Positions 62,735-64,000 of a stretch of 64,000 nucleotides of DNA are shown here, piece by piece. The stretch comes from Octopus sinensis (Eukaryota): contig NC_043013.1 of NCBI RefSeq assembly GCF_006345805.1, positions 56,544,001 through 56,608,000 of the forward strand, written 5' to 3'. The translations under genes and the position numbers were made by a program. Below the pieces are notes generated by a model. The model was not told where the DNA came from. It did no database searches and saw only the letters and a list, made by a program, of their open reading frames with translations. The number at the start of each line of letters is the position of its first letter. Position 1 is the first letter of the stretch.

Positions 62735-62925
62735 ATTACAATGACCCTAGGGCTAAACTGAGATTGTAATGATTTTAAATTTTGGCATAAGACCAGAAAT
62801 TTCAGGGGCAGAAGTAAGTCCAACTGGTCCTTACTTCTGACCCTGAAATTTCTGGTCTTATGCCAAAATTTAAAATCATTATTATTATTATTATTGCAAC
62901 AATCTCAGTTTAGCCCTAGTGTAAT
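62735..62925. repeat. ~190-bp hairpin (arms ~80 bp) built from a SINE-A-like tail plus unique flank
   Basis: ctagggctaaactgagattgt..aatgattttaaattttggcataagaccagaaatttcaggg / ccctgaaatttctggtcttatgccaaaatttaaaatcatt..acaatctcagtttagccctag. Confidence 0.9.
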
Positions 62926-62974
62926 TTATGTTTTCCATGAATTTTTCACAGGTCCAGCTAGTTATTATTATTAT

Positions 62975-63330
62975 TAAAGGCAGCGAGTTGGCGGAATCCT
63001 AACTGGGCTGGGTAAAATGCTTAGTGGCATTTTGTATGTCTCTACATTCTGAGTTCAAATTCTGCCAAGGTCAACTTTACCTTTCGTCCTTTAGGGGTTG
63101 ATAAAATAAGTACCAGTTGGACTCAGAAAGCATCTATTTTAGTGTACTGGTGCCATGTGAAATGTTTGTATATTATGACCGTCTGTCTTTACTTTCTGAG
63201 TTCAAATTCTGCTGAGATTGACTTTGCCTTTCTTCCTTTTGGGGTCAATAAATCAAGTATCAGTTGTGTACTGGGGTCGATCTAATCAACTGGCCCCCTC
63301 CCCCCAAAAAAAAACTTCACACCTAGAAAA
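62975..63330 (+). mobile_element. Two adjacent SINE family A copies
   Basis: ggcagcgagttggcgg...ctgagttcaaattctgcc (62975-63120) and ttctgagttcaaattctgctg...ggccccctccccc (63180-63330). Confidence 0.75.
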
Positions 63331-63599
63331 GTATATTGTGTCAGTTACAGAATGTAGAAAGTAACGTAACACCAATGACTATATAATCAAAACAAAATAT
63401 CTCAGTTACACAAACGTAAATGGAATTACTATTTAACCTTAAAATACATCGTACATATTCAAAGAATATTCATGTACAAATTGAAATGCAAAAGAATGAA
63501 ATAATAAATGAATTCATGAATAAAAATTTGGTAATTGCGTTTTTTTCCACCATGGGACGCCTTATTGCAAACATGTTTTAACTAAGCTAAACTATACAC

Positions 63600-63800
63600 A
63601 CACACAAATACATTCATATGTCTCGAGTTGTAGCTGTAATTGAAAGGGGCCAGCCTTGTCATATTCTGTGTGAGGCTGAATCTCCCTGAGAATTACGTTA
63701 ATGTTATGCATATCTGTGGAGTACTCGGCCATTTGTGAGTTAGTTTTATTGTCGTGTGGTAATGAAAAGTGAAATTGACATCCAATATTTGCTGTGTGTA
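63600..63800 (-). mobile_element. SINE family C-like body fragment
   Basis: gaaaggggccagccttgtcatattctgtgtg...tctccctgagaattacgttaa resembles 28635-28740; orientation uncertain. Confidence 0.45.
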
Positions 63801-63804
63801 TATA

Positions 63805-64000
63805 CGAGGGGCGTTCAATAAGTAATGCCCCTGACCAACTTCCCATAGCAGTAGAGCAACGAAACTTGGCACAGTTATTAGTATTTTTCTACATAAAAAC
63901 CACCCAGAGTTACGCATTTCTCCCGTTGTTTGATGCAGCTTTGGAGACCGTTTTTGTAGAAGACCCCAGTTTGGTCCTCCAACCATGACGTGACTTCAGA
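63805..64000 (+). mobile_element. 5' end of a mariner-type transposon (runs off the window)
   Basis: TA|cgaggggcgttcaataagtaatgcccc, a typical mariner terminal repeat start. Confidence 0.65.

Overview
Eukaryotic, AT-rich, microsatellite-dense genomic DNA made up mostly of transposable-element debris. The repeat repertoire looks like a coleoid cephalopod, probably Octopus; this is an inference from pattern recognition, not a database result. Contents: (i) RTE-clade LINEs, namely three long 5'-truncated copies plus several 3' tails, which carry a PHD-like C4HC3 finger inside the RT and a structured ~60-bp tandem array in the 3' UTR; (ii) R4/Dong-type restriction-endonuclease-like (REL) LINEs sitting in (TAA)n tracts; (iii) at least four Penelope-like (PLE, GIY-YIG) coding remnants plus several non-coding PLE-like tails; (iv) Tc1 (DD34E), mariner, DD37D-like and hAT transposon remnants, MITE-like foldbacks and several tRNA-derived SINE families; (v) a near-homogeneous 234-bp tandem array of ~10.6 copies. 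No complete intact host gene is visible. Four short minus-strand segments with canonical splice sites and open frames may be exons of a gene whose introns span much of the window. The most striking unannotated signal is about nine hammerhead-ribozyme-like motifs from several distinct families. These include a 128-bp palindrome encoding a hammerhead on each strand and a tRNA-headed SINE-like unit with a minimal hammerhead in its tail. No CRISPR array, rRNA or true tRNA gene was found. All folding and alignments were done by eye.
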